Assembly: GCA_001724265.1 (NCBI GenBank)
Contig: MEDY01000078.1
Location: 1 to 64,000, forward strand
Reading direction: 5' to 3'
DNA: 64,000 nt
DNA from: Rhizaria sp. SCN 62-66
Taxonomy: Eukaryota
Part shown: positions 49,801 through 55,369 of the stretch, piece by piece
Numbering within the stretch: position 1 is the first letter of the stretch
Layout: every line of letters starts with the position of its first letter
Position numbers and translations under genes: made by a program
Notes under the pieces: generated by a model
Seen by the model: only the letters and a program-made list of their open reading frames with translations
Told to the model about the DNA's origin: nothing
The model's database searches: none

Positions 49801-51854
49801 CACGTCCAGGCGACCGCGATGCCCTCGCGCGGGTCCTGGTAGCTGGGGTCCTTGTCGGGGTCGAGGCTTTCGCTCACGTCGACCTGCACCGTGCCCCAGG
49901 CCGGGAACAGTGGGTACGGCGCCTGCGTCGTCGTCGACGAAGACGTGAAAAGGAAGTTCTCAAAGTGCGTCGCCGTCGTCCGCGTGACCGCCGTGATCGA
50001 ACTGGCGCGCAGGTTGATGGTGAGCGTGAAGTACGCCTTAACGGGCGTCGTGGTCGTCGTCACCGGCGTCAGCGTGATTAGCACGACGTAGACCGTCGCG
50101 TCGGTGGCGGTGGTCAGGTTCTCGGGTGGGCGCATCGAGTACGCCGGGATAGAGAGTTTGTCGACGCCGTTGCTTGTGTACAGCATCGCGGCGGCCGTGG
50201 CGTTGGACGGAGACGAGATGGCGAGTTGGTGCTGCGTGTAGCAAGACGTCAGCTCGGGGTAGATCGACAGCGTCACTGCGTCTGACGACCGCAGACTGAC
50301 TTCGGCGCTCGTGGTGAGATTGCCCGCGCTCACCAGCGACGCGGGCGTGGCGAAGGCTACTCGCACGCGTGACACGCGCCGTGACGGCACCGAGTAAACG
50401 GCCGACGCCGTAGCGTTGAGCCAGGAGCGCACGGTGACGCGGATCGCGTGCGTGAACTGTGACGTCTGAGGGAACAGCGTCGCCGCGAGCTCCTCGTTGA
50501 ACAGCAGCTTGTCGACGTTGTTGGTCGACGTGAAGGTCGCGAACGTGTTGTTGGGCAGGTAGGGCGCGCGGAACGTAGCCGCAAACGCTTCGACCAGGTC
50601 GTTGTTATCGCGGATCGTGCCGTTGGACAGCACAACGCGCGAGGCGACCAGCTCCCACTCGTAATCGACCTGCATGCCCGCGCGGCCCGAGGTCACCTCG
50701 GCCGTGAGCACGAAGTCGCCGCACCCTCGCGAGTTGCCGCCGTCGCTGGCCGCGTCTGACAGCGCCACGACCAGCGGCTCCAGCGCGTCGACGGGTGTGG
50801 GGAACACGAACACGGCGTCAGCCGTCTGCAGCTGCGCGTAGCGGGCGTGCGCGAGCAGTGAGACCGCGGCGTCGTCGCTCGAGAGCTCGCTCTTGGCGGC
50901 GGCGATGAGCGCCGTCTTGGTCGCGGCGGGCAGGTAGGGAAAGTTGGCCGCGTCCACGCGGTGCGGGGGCGTGTACGTGGCGAACGCGGTGGGGTTGAGG
51001 GAGAGTGAGTCGCCGGGTCGGGCGCTGAAGTTACCCAGGATGGTGTAGCGGAACACGTTGGGCGCGGTGAAGTGGCAGAAGTTGACCGTGTGGCCACTGG
51101 CGTGGACGGTGTCCGAGGTGGCGCGATAGGTAGCCGAGGAGACGTAGACAGAGCAGTCGACGTTGGTCGCGTTCTTGGTCGGGTACAGAGAGGTGATGTC
51201 GGGGATCGTCACGTTGCTAGGGCTGGCGCCGCTATCTGTGCTATTGTTGCTGTAGGTGTAGTTGTTGTTGTTGCTGAAGGGATCACTGCTGTTCGCGGTG
51301 GTGGTGACGTTGATATAGCTGGCAATCGTGGCGTTGAGGGCCTTGATGGACGCGTCAGACAGCGCGAGTAGCGCGGCAGTGATGTTGTGCGAGAACGTGA
51401 AGTAAAACGACACGCCCGAGAGCTCTGTGTTGGACGCCGATGACGACGTGACGACTGTGAGCTCGATCGGGACAGGCTCAGGCTCGGGCTCCGGCTCGGG
51501 CTGCGGCTCCCCGCCAGGTTCAGGCTCAGCCTCGTACACGAACAACAGCTCAGGGGCAGCGGCCGCCTGTGATGCTGTGTTGGGGGCTGAGTTGAAGTCG
51601 GCGTCTGTAGGGAGAGCGGGAGTCGCCGCGTTCGCTGATGTCGTTGATGACGTCACTGTCGTCATCGTCGCTGCTGCAGCTGTGTCGAAACCCAACGGCA
51701 CCGCATGCGTGTCTGCGAGTGCTGTGAGCGAGAGACAGGTACAGCAGAGCGCAAGCAGTACGAGAGCACGCTTGAGCGTTCGAGCTAGGACTCGCAAGGA
51801 GACGGCAGTTCTGCGGTCCGCTGCGGCGGGAGCCGCAGGGTGGTGGGGCCCCAT
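31866..51854 (-). CDS. Giant (~6660 aa) apparently intronless polycystin-1-like membrane protein: signal-like segment, REJ-like ectodomain, GAIN/GPS motif, about five TM helices
   Basis: Single 20-kb ORF; first ATG at 51854, followed by hydrophobic ALVLLALCCTCLSLTALA. REJ-like VDVSESLDPD...VAWTC. GPS-like CQWY...WSTSGC...CRCSHHL, then TM AGIALVIVAAVALVAALLLVF. PKD1-like RHPWLWLS...QR helix pair and a distal helix pair FPVAVALLLLWG...WLVGSVIVILL...PL. Confidence 0.8.
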   Translation of the reverse strand: MGPHHPAAPAAADRRTAVSLRVLARTLKRALVLLALCCTCLSLTALADTHAVPLGFDTAAAATMTTVTSSTTSANAATPALPTDADFNSAPNTASQAAAAPELLFVYEAEPEPGGEPQPEPEPEPEPVPIELTVVTSSSASNTELSGVSFYFTFSHNITAALLALSDASIKALNATIASYINVTTTANSSDPFSNNNNYTYSNNSTDSGASPSNVTIPDITSLYPTKNATNVDCSVYVSSATYRATSDTVHASGHTVNFCHFTAPNVFRYTILGNFSARPGDSLSLNPTAFATYTPPHRVDAANFPYLPAATKTALIAAAKSELSSDDAAVSLLAHARYAQLQTADAVFVFPTPVDALEPLVVALSDAASDGGNSRGCGDFVLTAEVTSGRAGMQVDYEWELVASRVVLSNGTIRDNNDLVEAFAATFRAPYLPNNTFATFTSTNNVDKLLFNEELAATLFPQTSQFTHAIRVTVRSWLNATASAVYSVPSRRVSRVRVAFATPASLVSAGNLTTSAEVSLRSSDAVTLSIYPELTSCYTQHQLAISSPSNATAAAMLYTSNGVDKLSIPAYSMRPPENLTTATDATVYVVLITLTPVTTTTTPVKAYFTLTINLRASSITAVTRTTATHFENFLFTSSSTTTQAPYPLFPAWGTVQVDVSESLDPDKDPSYQDPREGIAVAWTCLLRFPQVSTRQEQGALPTMTRAAGDNEESSAQQSAGSALLPPADLGASASDRGSQRQRGITVKTNRGFATRSSSTLDDASFISIGSWNTSDADTSSDNIAFDVYGDIPYPPDPPADADVDVDAAAAELSAASTLASTPTTVYILRACPAALAAQFTGSVANVTNAAIAAAINETSVLTDASPPALLLEVTVSVGVRATTLQLVYPMRFASVFAVAPAITASSVLGYPRSLPYQVPGSYSSAERTHLTARPFVMPAYANSILSTDSAGAGTNSSSGTANATVTADSRWRYSVLWSCETRNVDLADPAVVVVTGTGVQTLVGRNPDQSSAGTKPVQPPIAWAIANATDEAGGGPCLSLASGLVTVNPLAGADDTHQEIPYDNLYDSAEDDGDDHSESDEISGYEDDGLTFSARLSVTRSPALGPHSQLLVLERNALVSGRDYVFRAHIFGSERIPSEYLNASYVASLPPGPLPGELSSSTVAIRTRTPPVSATTGAACTLTAMGPISVLVVPLNATVDGAATDDGGGITSSKTDGVDGETAAAYSYLNDIEAAEFEQEMKLNPAIAAKLASIKSKLNKHRFNNNNNNKNAGSASGMPRASTASGSGTVFESVKTSLLERVRLQCAHWSNRDDDDSARVLAPNRYVVHAQRGPTLAAAQARESVRVSDIFVAPNGGNLVADLVVAPGVTVFTVTVYDRMLTATEHVLPAFSHKPESDEAATFLANGFFDPLRLLFSSYSARDIFLLWEANVRAVAVRAAHRVFQAARATATACPTCLSAAAVAALDPVVLFPAQVLAEAAANAQTRLLCDGSGLTQLALIATTLYQGVDVHSDTFGIARYVYDIMYKDRVTTSSSSNATNTTTATTENTSAAAFSKHIGTQRANGSNTRRFATAATSDANADNITQDNDADGTVFADASSDSGDVNTASTAATTTVTDEDSPVIVYIKDRIRRGRVPNASDPALADTTGEAPVTVTVTGDTATFLGIFDYPLHITDFMVYSIMSTGTVANLWRSSHPSVAPQTRLLPMVTSFTDPAANAAAAALYGGGANMWGAVFTMSPRIDPTLYGLTAPRMVVNSTTKTTTTTSTANTLVPDASDDTSTSASAAHAAGSDSSDHSWSTLATTIPDTTAPAFPAPPTVVGDGLGDRAIDGQQYLLGFTSLQRAGYVSAIGAPDAIVNRLMSMLSAAVDLRSKMPISFGLAAFINIATILQTSDNIGVVATSAQAGARAISLDAAWLCSAALRELFKFQIETVTRLFLPGNPLSSTVYVPNDVVMMNATTESASSSMADTEYEAFSTLSANEGDFKDYALQSLFAGNTHGLAPTATDSGSSTTTSATADPVQLAKAFERAAQFGDAIATAHHSFFTRLMTSPPPLSVGSLTRRGLIRDASLAWHLVSNATSMILTHSEYVLKQWVQSCQTGRCIMPDSPGQNTTNSTNGSNSSSSSSMSSSFSAKSAGTGKNPKMISSDVGAINAMMQRPFAAASPSTRARLNKLDLDSLLTTGTDMLTVAKQSRKQQLSMRARTSVSAPSTAGAHMRVLADTVSQEEQDKANLLRMLIASRYVTAELMSTRSLIATSVFESFVRSGPLLGLSAIAGHAVGEGRVVLSSRDLFTSENTHALNAYPTAQSTSSTGDAEVSADYAATADFWSQSTDTSPRRDIYASFAAAGGGDGDVAVTPILISDGGDGTGDGADTDPGSAPHPDINSLLVDTSLDEWAATGSSTGLPIGYSEATVVADRVSVRQAMRRFSFRGDAAALAGGATILSLAHSADVDRNSDPGGDRLHAMWLPRVVLSQLNRRVVDYTWSKTDKDSDSGSTIVLSDSADGSDDSSETDINVSSLRQSLLVPTALGHLDTVRTTMKGAAAIGYIAACLKRTTYTHEVRADAIATYSNSSTTTVDDTLVKTARSSIALSRCTHDNLALNVSDIVHYTFAQGLNPRLRSPANLNSVLARNMSDPDDSRRAADELDYFHAYLSDKYRELTEAFVSAPKQPERTLVNSSSTTNSSANVYEWTGRGGADFDLHTVIWEKLRLGAPLEHASSWVHATFRNLGVTLARRIVEAVTKSSSSSKTAAVTTLANLDSDPAYYSSRTRSQSGGKRSSTQSLSESDTADTMTPEQVRVALAATATIAHKLVAATAAAQQQGHSVPSARALRSAERLQALRHTARLIAASAVNSADSVSQSHGQRKSSSGKRSRSRFSTTATDTATATTSDLWSDDSALARDVTTLLSWGRYFTRGYAPKHPNAPARYTFMDDCSLIEPEVAADGASGTGAQVTTKNATSSSSSSSSSSSSGSATTTAGLRSLASDVTLAADRYDSDFVFSPSASATTTTTTPAAIVSACTFSMRDQLNVSLPMLSWPPVPRALPLRGVPLQSTIAGIEGVNTAILVRIPHKFPIVKLVRKYYFEQSLAMQRELSFKIKANMEYTASFLAQPSGDATNSTSNTTGNTTASARQDQPELYSSARVSESEDIAALRAALAASDAEAASVLSSLSNSRGRGKAPQSAAPRTTSGTKSSPAIVPLSSIPALPAGLVAAVTSRIHCQWYRPPLAYSGQSAIRFASPSASPRTSANGPMPPGPEAETTAAEKAIYAGTLSRYKKAMRAVETVTPLSKDASLHTILNHYTGTDQAVTRRAAEVFLGTDVSTDFLESVEQASENYVQEAEAVEYVSEVDYWSTSGCKLAFLDLDSAVCRCSHHLGPMRLRYGVLPLIPTDEGITDTVDDSQDTSAWWRAQSLRSIFTNPTLLIEHPAGIALVIVAAVALVAALLLVFSTAAAVEASVASALSEQFIATGAASAGGVGGSPAVVGGGVDGALLETGLLNSTAIGSDSCRFGTTNAGAGDADAVDGSDLAALNPSSSSGYVPPHRQIAHIGASAHGNPVAAARGGFGGPLPPPAAPPLPLHSQTQSPPLTYLQHLQQQQRLHVQQQQQHYQHRYTSSAMPRNASGSKTKTANGDEAALAKSNSSLSAADADKRKKSTKLAGETDLLRGLLQPLGPGGDAATLATAFDITARVDRALRDEDPCFYSYLNRTSARSRVNAHKKAAVKTVANAAAPAAGAAGAEGEQAGCAYTCESECTCDGYDYDLDSDGDDCGGDIGSVYLRSPADYREYHSDDDADETISSRDGTDERDVDNDGKTTARFAKRPLTWRLAVALYYRLRAHQEAALAAPALTTPASMTARTAADAAAALRPPPIPPLPSLRRLAMLARALGHAYPTDNTDVLAAAAAAHAKISAKNRTKASATANGGHDGDDDDDDDDDDDDGDDASVDVDAAPTPAETGDANGAPEATTEAVSAAVTAAAGRSLAVAAARAARQRMLLAVLAQRLAWLQALAAANVADGRAVDSIGLAGESCSTRHLSGHGTDGIHNDTDVVVIAVHSPDSTPQKKQSPSSSKRPLLPQYRCSSADRLLLSVGPRLLTVLSRRAAASERRLSARPPSTLTALMFRSLAMRRHPWLWLSAAAQAASAGAGAQRGLRAAVALLLAGTSFAAVLLIAAAARPLVTAVGGVRGGLGWHGAEVGILLGIFAVVLVLMSALSVALTRLLAGDARRLDDLVVASAAASAATAATASTSRDNKQSANVAEVQSEKANAVSSSKVLSITYDGLFKSKGSSTSSKGAFTRSDSDAVTALALARSGSGVALTHARAAALMPLLTAAERRQLRRQRLATVGAVNAVAPYDYAAFVADATAAVTTTVAAAAAAQSSRSGSKGSISGFKHSSESSLAASASKSNDVIVGSAAAPAVIGFALPISASAPVGTASGSGSGSGSGSGSSFDAEISDVSKVSSTTSKQWSVATAPAAVTVTSMPASLSGPATVDNTARTESKVSSAASASDSARHTNSHLSLAQLLQQQQQLQSDMVLKASQTELFARDVALAALLTPTPLQLAALAAPLPPGWLGDSDVLALPSPFSVCSNSSKSVYVNVVSGNVTPSALSLQPPLLALPSDAHSMHSFIWGFAEQIALLLTTHTAPMLTPLEAAVALKSLNVPTAPDFFGPDASAAAATLPRLCTDKVLAARVAAAAGWRVHLAPRFIAAERARRAAVRLQAAEASRRRRADESRMRALALALRAEQLRQRQERTGRGGNSVDASASASAHRAGAAATAGVVELAVLSGGRGDNKRYAPVAVPVPMSAPLPFTVPMHDEETGLRSNNNNTNTNNAQVNTNNTSPAADAVGATDIDAEQNDGEGEGDFESGWDWSIVTASQFDLSKLTYGVDYYYGYDPTHSNNDTNYYSNTTSVHAVSSKSKRDQSRRGARAPLRSSTAAGRSVVSGTDTGAEGSSDSYGSRGENTGRDEVLLRVLLRLHVPIPAPALALALRRCSGAGAGFDNLSLPPQKQGTQKQKKQKQTLGKSDNKKPNNSTPTATSPSTQVHAALQDDSVTVRAVTPPRLSLVATPELVSAAAIAARELSVAERTAAAARASARAAAAATAAAASAAAASAAAAAAAAAGNAPGGDPDPDDGGDGGNDPEQPDEDEEDEDDPYFDYKSDLGEEGHLADSYSSYDSDAEAEAAAAAAAAQEQYEATAGGLWARLRAAAATEARLQSKSAGKATAKRSNSKKSKAAAANSRRVDLNDTSALLRRAAMGFGLSDVSLLSLLPAPYSNSPFVPQNNADIHANAAANVRSAISANGANNEEEEEEVEAENANGDGQFDLDPEADSRFERSLTLTLPYVGDNSPRGGAAGKSKSAKPKAGGTTKSASAADTEPDSTDVDSVAAAVPMLALRRSGLWRAWGCVDARSPGTAAHGHFGDAADAAHSATAHGRFGSGYGHCAGVGGGGMPWRAPIDISDYVDDDCNTVIDPANTIGNDVSDVSYNSQGDDRHVDAGALVVASTQSQSVSHSRSSLRLRLHAARAVPRNATAWAGVSWPSDHDSSSSDSSSSGSDDDDAKKPQDHSSSSEPESDTKSDSGSGSESNSDSGSESESETDVERRGKRNNNFIDDDDDDDMVMLGARNSFNGNNAQANISLSRALVDASSPPRVHSQRSSSRRGNGRHSRRRSSADKDTAKPPPTGADSSHMHSHSYSHSRSTSGSQPLRSEVPSSHSQRDSISHSNSVDVNSSNNYAVVHSHAHTARADAEVTIPTGYELDDAALVAATVRRARAARRHRRACDRERERDIRSAKKKSATDDAEVDPAGVTTIVTIHNAGVSSAVANAQTERNARANSSEQAEFYGPAVVAPADVDLDAALRPRAGGLAIIPNPRMRNNNAASTSGFPVAVALLLLWGIAVALIIVTFAVNLSSWLPLAMPQWLVGSVIVILLTNAVVAPLYLRFALAAPAARALHQRRLATATAALTAATARAAALYAKADAATERAKDAYSAYLRAFFAAQAPPVPQPVAITSRNATSAAAAAAAAATAAAAAAVSANAVVVHPGDKKAHSDSDNEDEEEEESGALSLLTNKVNEQSAAPSLLATLVRSAHFFAGSRTRDSATAAVIAAAAAASAAAAADDGSAPLGSSAETEGLLLEALVAALEASNSPPEGVPVVMRGAGNNPISTQNRDIAVPEDNADGGGAIGDGVDYGEDMGASPGVTVGDSVDTGYDDELAAVLLRHGVTGHDQADTTDSRSHSRARTDSDSRSDDGSTSDADADADKQSEASSEAEHSRVASTIADSAASAATTGSAVATAKRPEATAAECAAATSALQSFVLTPLDAKHKSAAADAAAAAAAVHAHAVSATVAGGFAAHVHVDDALAAAAVAALKSAPVHGRNKGKLGPRVLGITAQSKTSDVPSYQTANNADDDDVGSAVSTGAVRTEAGAVAALTALLAQSSSLVRHEGAQRKGATMPRDNSFATNSLLHETRPDFLAPAVWDETDDGPRTQSLAQSPVDDNSALLCAGSGIRFVDPHNSRAHGNVVCGGDESAVAVAQLAALRAHLLAAHTQATAATATTVGSVLTQQQQDQEQHTDAANSDDPDDGVVLDCSDDIAAARAQVEARLLQQLRLQMELAAAVLEQAPDAQPPTELVDALRKCGALRD

Positions 51855-53046
51855 CCAGGTGCGAGGGGGTGTGCGAGGCGGGGAGCCAGCCAGTCGCAGC
51901 AGCGGTGGAGACCGAGACCGAGACTGTGAAGGACGGCCAGGGGCAAAAATCTTGCGTGGGGGACGCAAATTCAAGCCTCGGTGGGAGGGAGGTTGGTCAA
52001 GGGGCGCTAGGGCCGCTGAAGCAGAAGTTGTCGAGCCAAGGGTGCGTTTGATGTGTGTAATGTGTGCGCAAATCGACTCTGGTCAAATGACAAAGCTGTG
52101 CGCTTTGACTGGGCGGCAGGAGAGAGCGCGAGCGTGAGGAACGTGAGAAGGAGGCACATGTGGAGGAAAGGGTAAAGTTAAAGAGAGAATTTAGCGACCA
52201 GGAAGAACGCATCCCAAAATGTTATTTTGTGATTGCAGGCTAAAGCTAAATTAAAACTTAGAAAATGTCAAGTTAGGTCGTTCTTCGGACAATGTGGTGT
52301 TGAACTTGCACTTTTCGAGAAACCGAGAAGACCATCGGGCCGACCACGACCAACCACCTTTCGCCCCAGTCGCCGTCTCCCAGTGCGTTCCTGTCACACG
52401 TGAGTCAAGTCAAAATTTGTATTTTGTATCAAATGCATGCAATTTTGCTTAGAAAACAGCACCATTATATTTATGGGAGAAATGTGTGTGTAATTTTTTT
52501 CGTTGGTAGTATAATATAAAAGCTACGTATTAAGTATCCACCTCTCTCTTGCTTCACAAAGACAACACAACACACTAAAAACTAGAGAGCGAAGACGAGA
52601 TACATCACAGTTGCAGCGTTTAGCTTGCGTTTAGCTTTTGGAGTTGAGAAGCATACAAAGAAAGAAAAAGAAGCGTGACAATAAAAAAAAGAAATAGTCT
52701 GAAGAAAGAAAGCAAAAAAAAGTTAGACAGAGAAAGAAAGAGATCACGACTGACGCAAACGCGTCACAGTTGCAAGCGCAAAGTGAGTGCAAATGCGAGC
52801 GTGTGTGCGACCGCAAGCAAAAGAAGGAGAAAAAAATTCACAAGACAAGCAATATCACCCCCCTTGCTTTTGCTCTGACGGTTGCAGAGCCGGTCGTAGT
52901 ACGTTGCGTTCCGGCGCTCGCAGGCTGGCTGTGAAGGAGTGAAATGATATCAAATGAACTGAAACTGACAACAGAAATGTACACGGTAAGAATTGCCAGT
53001 ATAATATACATCACGTCATCGTGTCATCGCGCCAATTGCTGTGCAT

Positions 53047-54153
53047 TTACTCGTCCTGGTCGTCGTGGACGTCGTTCTCGGGCGAGGTCCAGAGGGTCAG
53101 GTTGTCGCGAAGCAGCTGGAGGATCAGGGTGCCGTCCTTGTACTGCTGCTCATCGAGCTTGTCGAGCTGCAGGATGGCCGCGTCGAAGGCCTCGGACGCG
53201 AGCTTGCACGCGGCGTCGCGGTCCTTGATGATCTCGTAGAGGCAGACGGAGTAGTTGAGCGCGAGGCCGAGGCGGACGGGGTCGGTGGGGTCCATGATCG
53301 CGGTGGCGGTGTCCATGGCGCCCTTGTAGTACTCACCGGAGCGCTTCTGGAGCGTGGGGAGCTCGTCGGTGACGATGAACTCGGCCAGGTAGCGGTAGTA
53401 GTCGCCGGCCATCTTCTGGTAGAAGACGCGCGCCTCGTCGTTGGCCTGGAGAGAAATAGTGCAGCAAAAAAATACGAAATGGCGATTGGTGTGAGAAGTG
53501 GGGTAAAATATACAAAGACATCGAGCTATAGATACAAAATGGCACTATTATGCACGCCGCCTAGAGCGGATTAAGGAAATATCATTGTGGAAGCTATATA
53601 AAGCGAGATATGCGCGCTCGCGTACCTGGGGGTGGGGGATGAGGTACTGCTCGAGGAGCTCGAGGACGTCCTTGCAGAGGGCCTCAAGCTCAGACTCGAC
53701 GTGAGCGCGGAAGCGAGCAGACGCGGGGGTCTGGTTCTCGTCCATGTTAAGAACGCGCCAGGCGGCACGGCGGCCACCGACGGCGTTCTTGTACGCGACG
53801 GAGAGCAGGTTGCGCTCGTCGAAAGAGAGATCCTTGCCGTCCTGCTCGTAGAAAAGAATGAAATTTAGATTAGAATGAAGGGTTATGTGAGTGAGAAGAA
53901 TGGATTTGGGTAGCATAGTTCGTGTAGTATGTTATATCAATAGGGTGCTTGTTACCGTCGCGATCTTTGTGTGTAACGGCGCGTGTGAAGAAGGTCGTAC
54001 CTGGACAGCCTTGACGACCTCGCGCATGAAGGCGCACATGTCGTCGTGGCGCTCGGCCAGCTCGGCGATATGGGCCAGACCCTGGAACGAGTTGCGGGCC
54101 TCGGCCTTGGAAGCGACGGTGAACTTGGAAATGTCGAGCTTGAAGTCAGACAT
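53047..54153 (-). CDS. 14-3-3 family protein, 255 aa. Model: complement(join(53047..53445,53626..53841,54001..54153))
   Basis: Signatures AELAERHDDM, ERNLLSVAYKNAVGGRRAAWR, KMAGDYYRYLAE, PVRLGLALNYSV and YKDGTLILQLLRDNLTLWTS. Two phase-0 GTACG introns. Confidence 0.95.
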
Positions 54154-55369
54154 GGGTTCCTGCTGCACGGGAAGGGCGCGCAAGGGAGGCGGGAGGCGGA
54201 GAGCGGGTGGAAGGCCGGCACGAGGCGAAGAGGCAAGGGACACGAGCATAAAACGAAGCATTTCGTGAGAGGTGCGCATTGGTAGCAAGTGATGCAAGAA
54301 GGAATAACAACAAAAAGAAGCGGGAAATACGGATCTCGGCAAGACAGTTCTGAACAAGAGCACGGAAAGGCATGCAAGAGGGCAAGGAAATGCTGGTTGG
54401 GCTGCCAAGGTTGCAACGGCAGACCCACGTCTTTGAGGCAGGGATACGCGTCAACCGCGGCGTCGGGAGCAATAGAAACGCCATAGTACGTCATAAGCGC
54501 CCCGTGGCAACGCGGTGGTGCAATTCACGGCGCGAATTGTCGCAGGGCCACGTCGGAAGCAGCTCCTGGGGGTTTAAATCTCCCACCCCCACCACATCAC
54601 CAGTCGACCGAGCGACATCTACAGGTCTCTCTGGACGCCCCGCCCCGGCCGCTGTGCGCACCAGGCGGGCATAGAAATAGCATATGCGTGCGTAAACAAT
54701 GACAGACAGCTTTAATATCCGTCTTAAATCGCGTCCAGAGACGCCTCCGTGGTGCATGTCAGGGATTTTCGGATTCCTCTAGAAGTCGGTCTAAGGGCTG
54801 ACCGCCCCCTTACACCCCGACTGTGAGCCAGTTCAAGGTCAGCGAGCCGTTGGTCGTGCGACCGACCAAAAGAGAGAGGAGCGAAATGTATAGAGAGACC
54901 AAAATTGTTGAAGGAACCGAGAAAGGTGTATGTGTGGAAAGAGGGAATACACGTCGAATGTGACCGTCAGTGTCTTTCTAGTAAATGAATCAGGATTTTC
55001 TGCGCACGGATATAAATGTTATTCAAATACTACATTTTCAAGCAACGTTTGTCTCCCGCATTGTCTGCTAAACTGCACGCTGTGCCGATCCCAATTTCTC
55101 GCCTCACTTCGTCCCTTGCCCGCTCTCTCGCTCCCAACCTCTTCTATCACGCCCATCTCCCCTTCAACCACTGCCTCAACCTAGCCTGCGCATCATTGTC
55201 GTTTTACACCGCCGTCACTGCAGCGCCCGAGGTCTTATCGGCCTCCCTGCACCCGCTCGCCCTCCCCTCGTCCCTCGCGCCAGCGCCGCTGCCGGTCGCC
55301 GCTGTCGCCGCCGCTGCTGCTGCCGCTGCTGACGCTGACGCCGGCACGTCACCAGCTGCTAGTGCCGCG
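54154..55369. promoter_or_regulatory. Divergent promoter and leader interval between the 14-3-3 and HMG-box genes
   Basis: Head-to-head arrangement of the two reconstructed genes. Confidence 0.5.

Noticed and set aside
55016-55369. In-frame upstream ATG extending the HMG gene by 118 aa
   Set aside because: The first part is C/T-rich leader-like sequence with atypical codon usage. Not adopted, but it cannot be excluded without TSS data.
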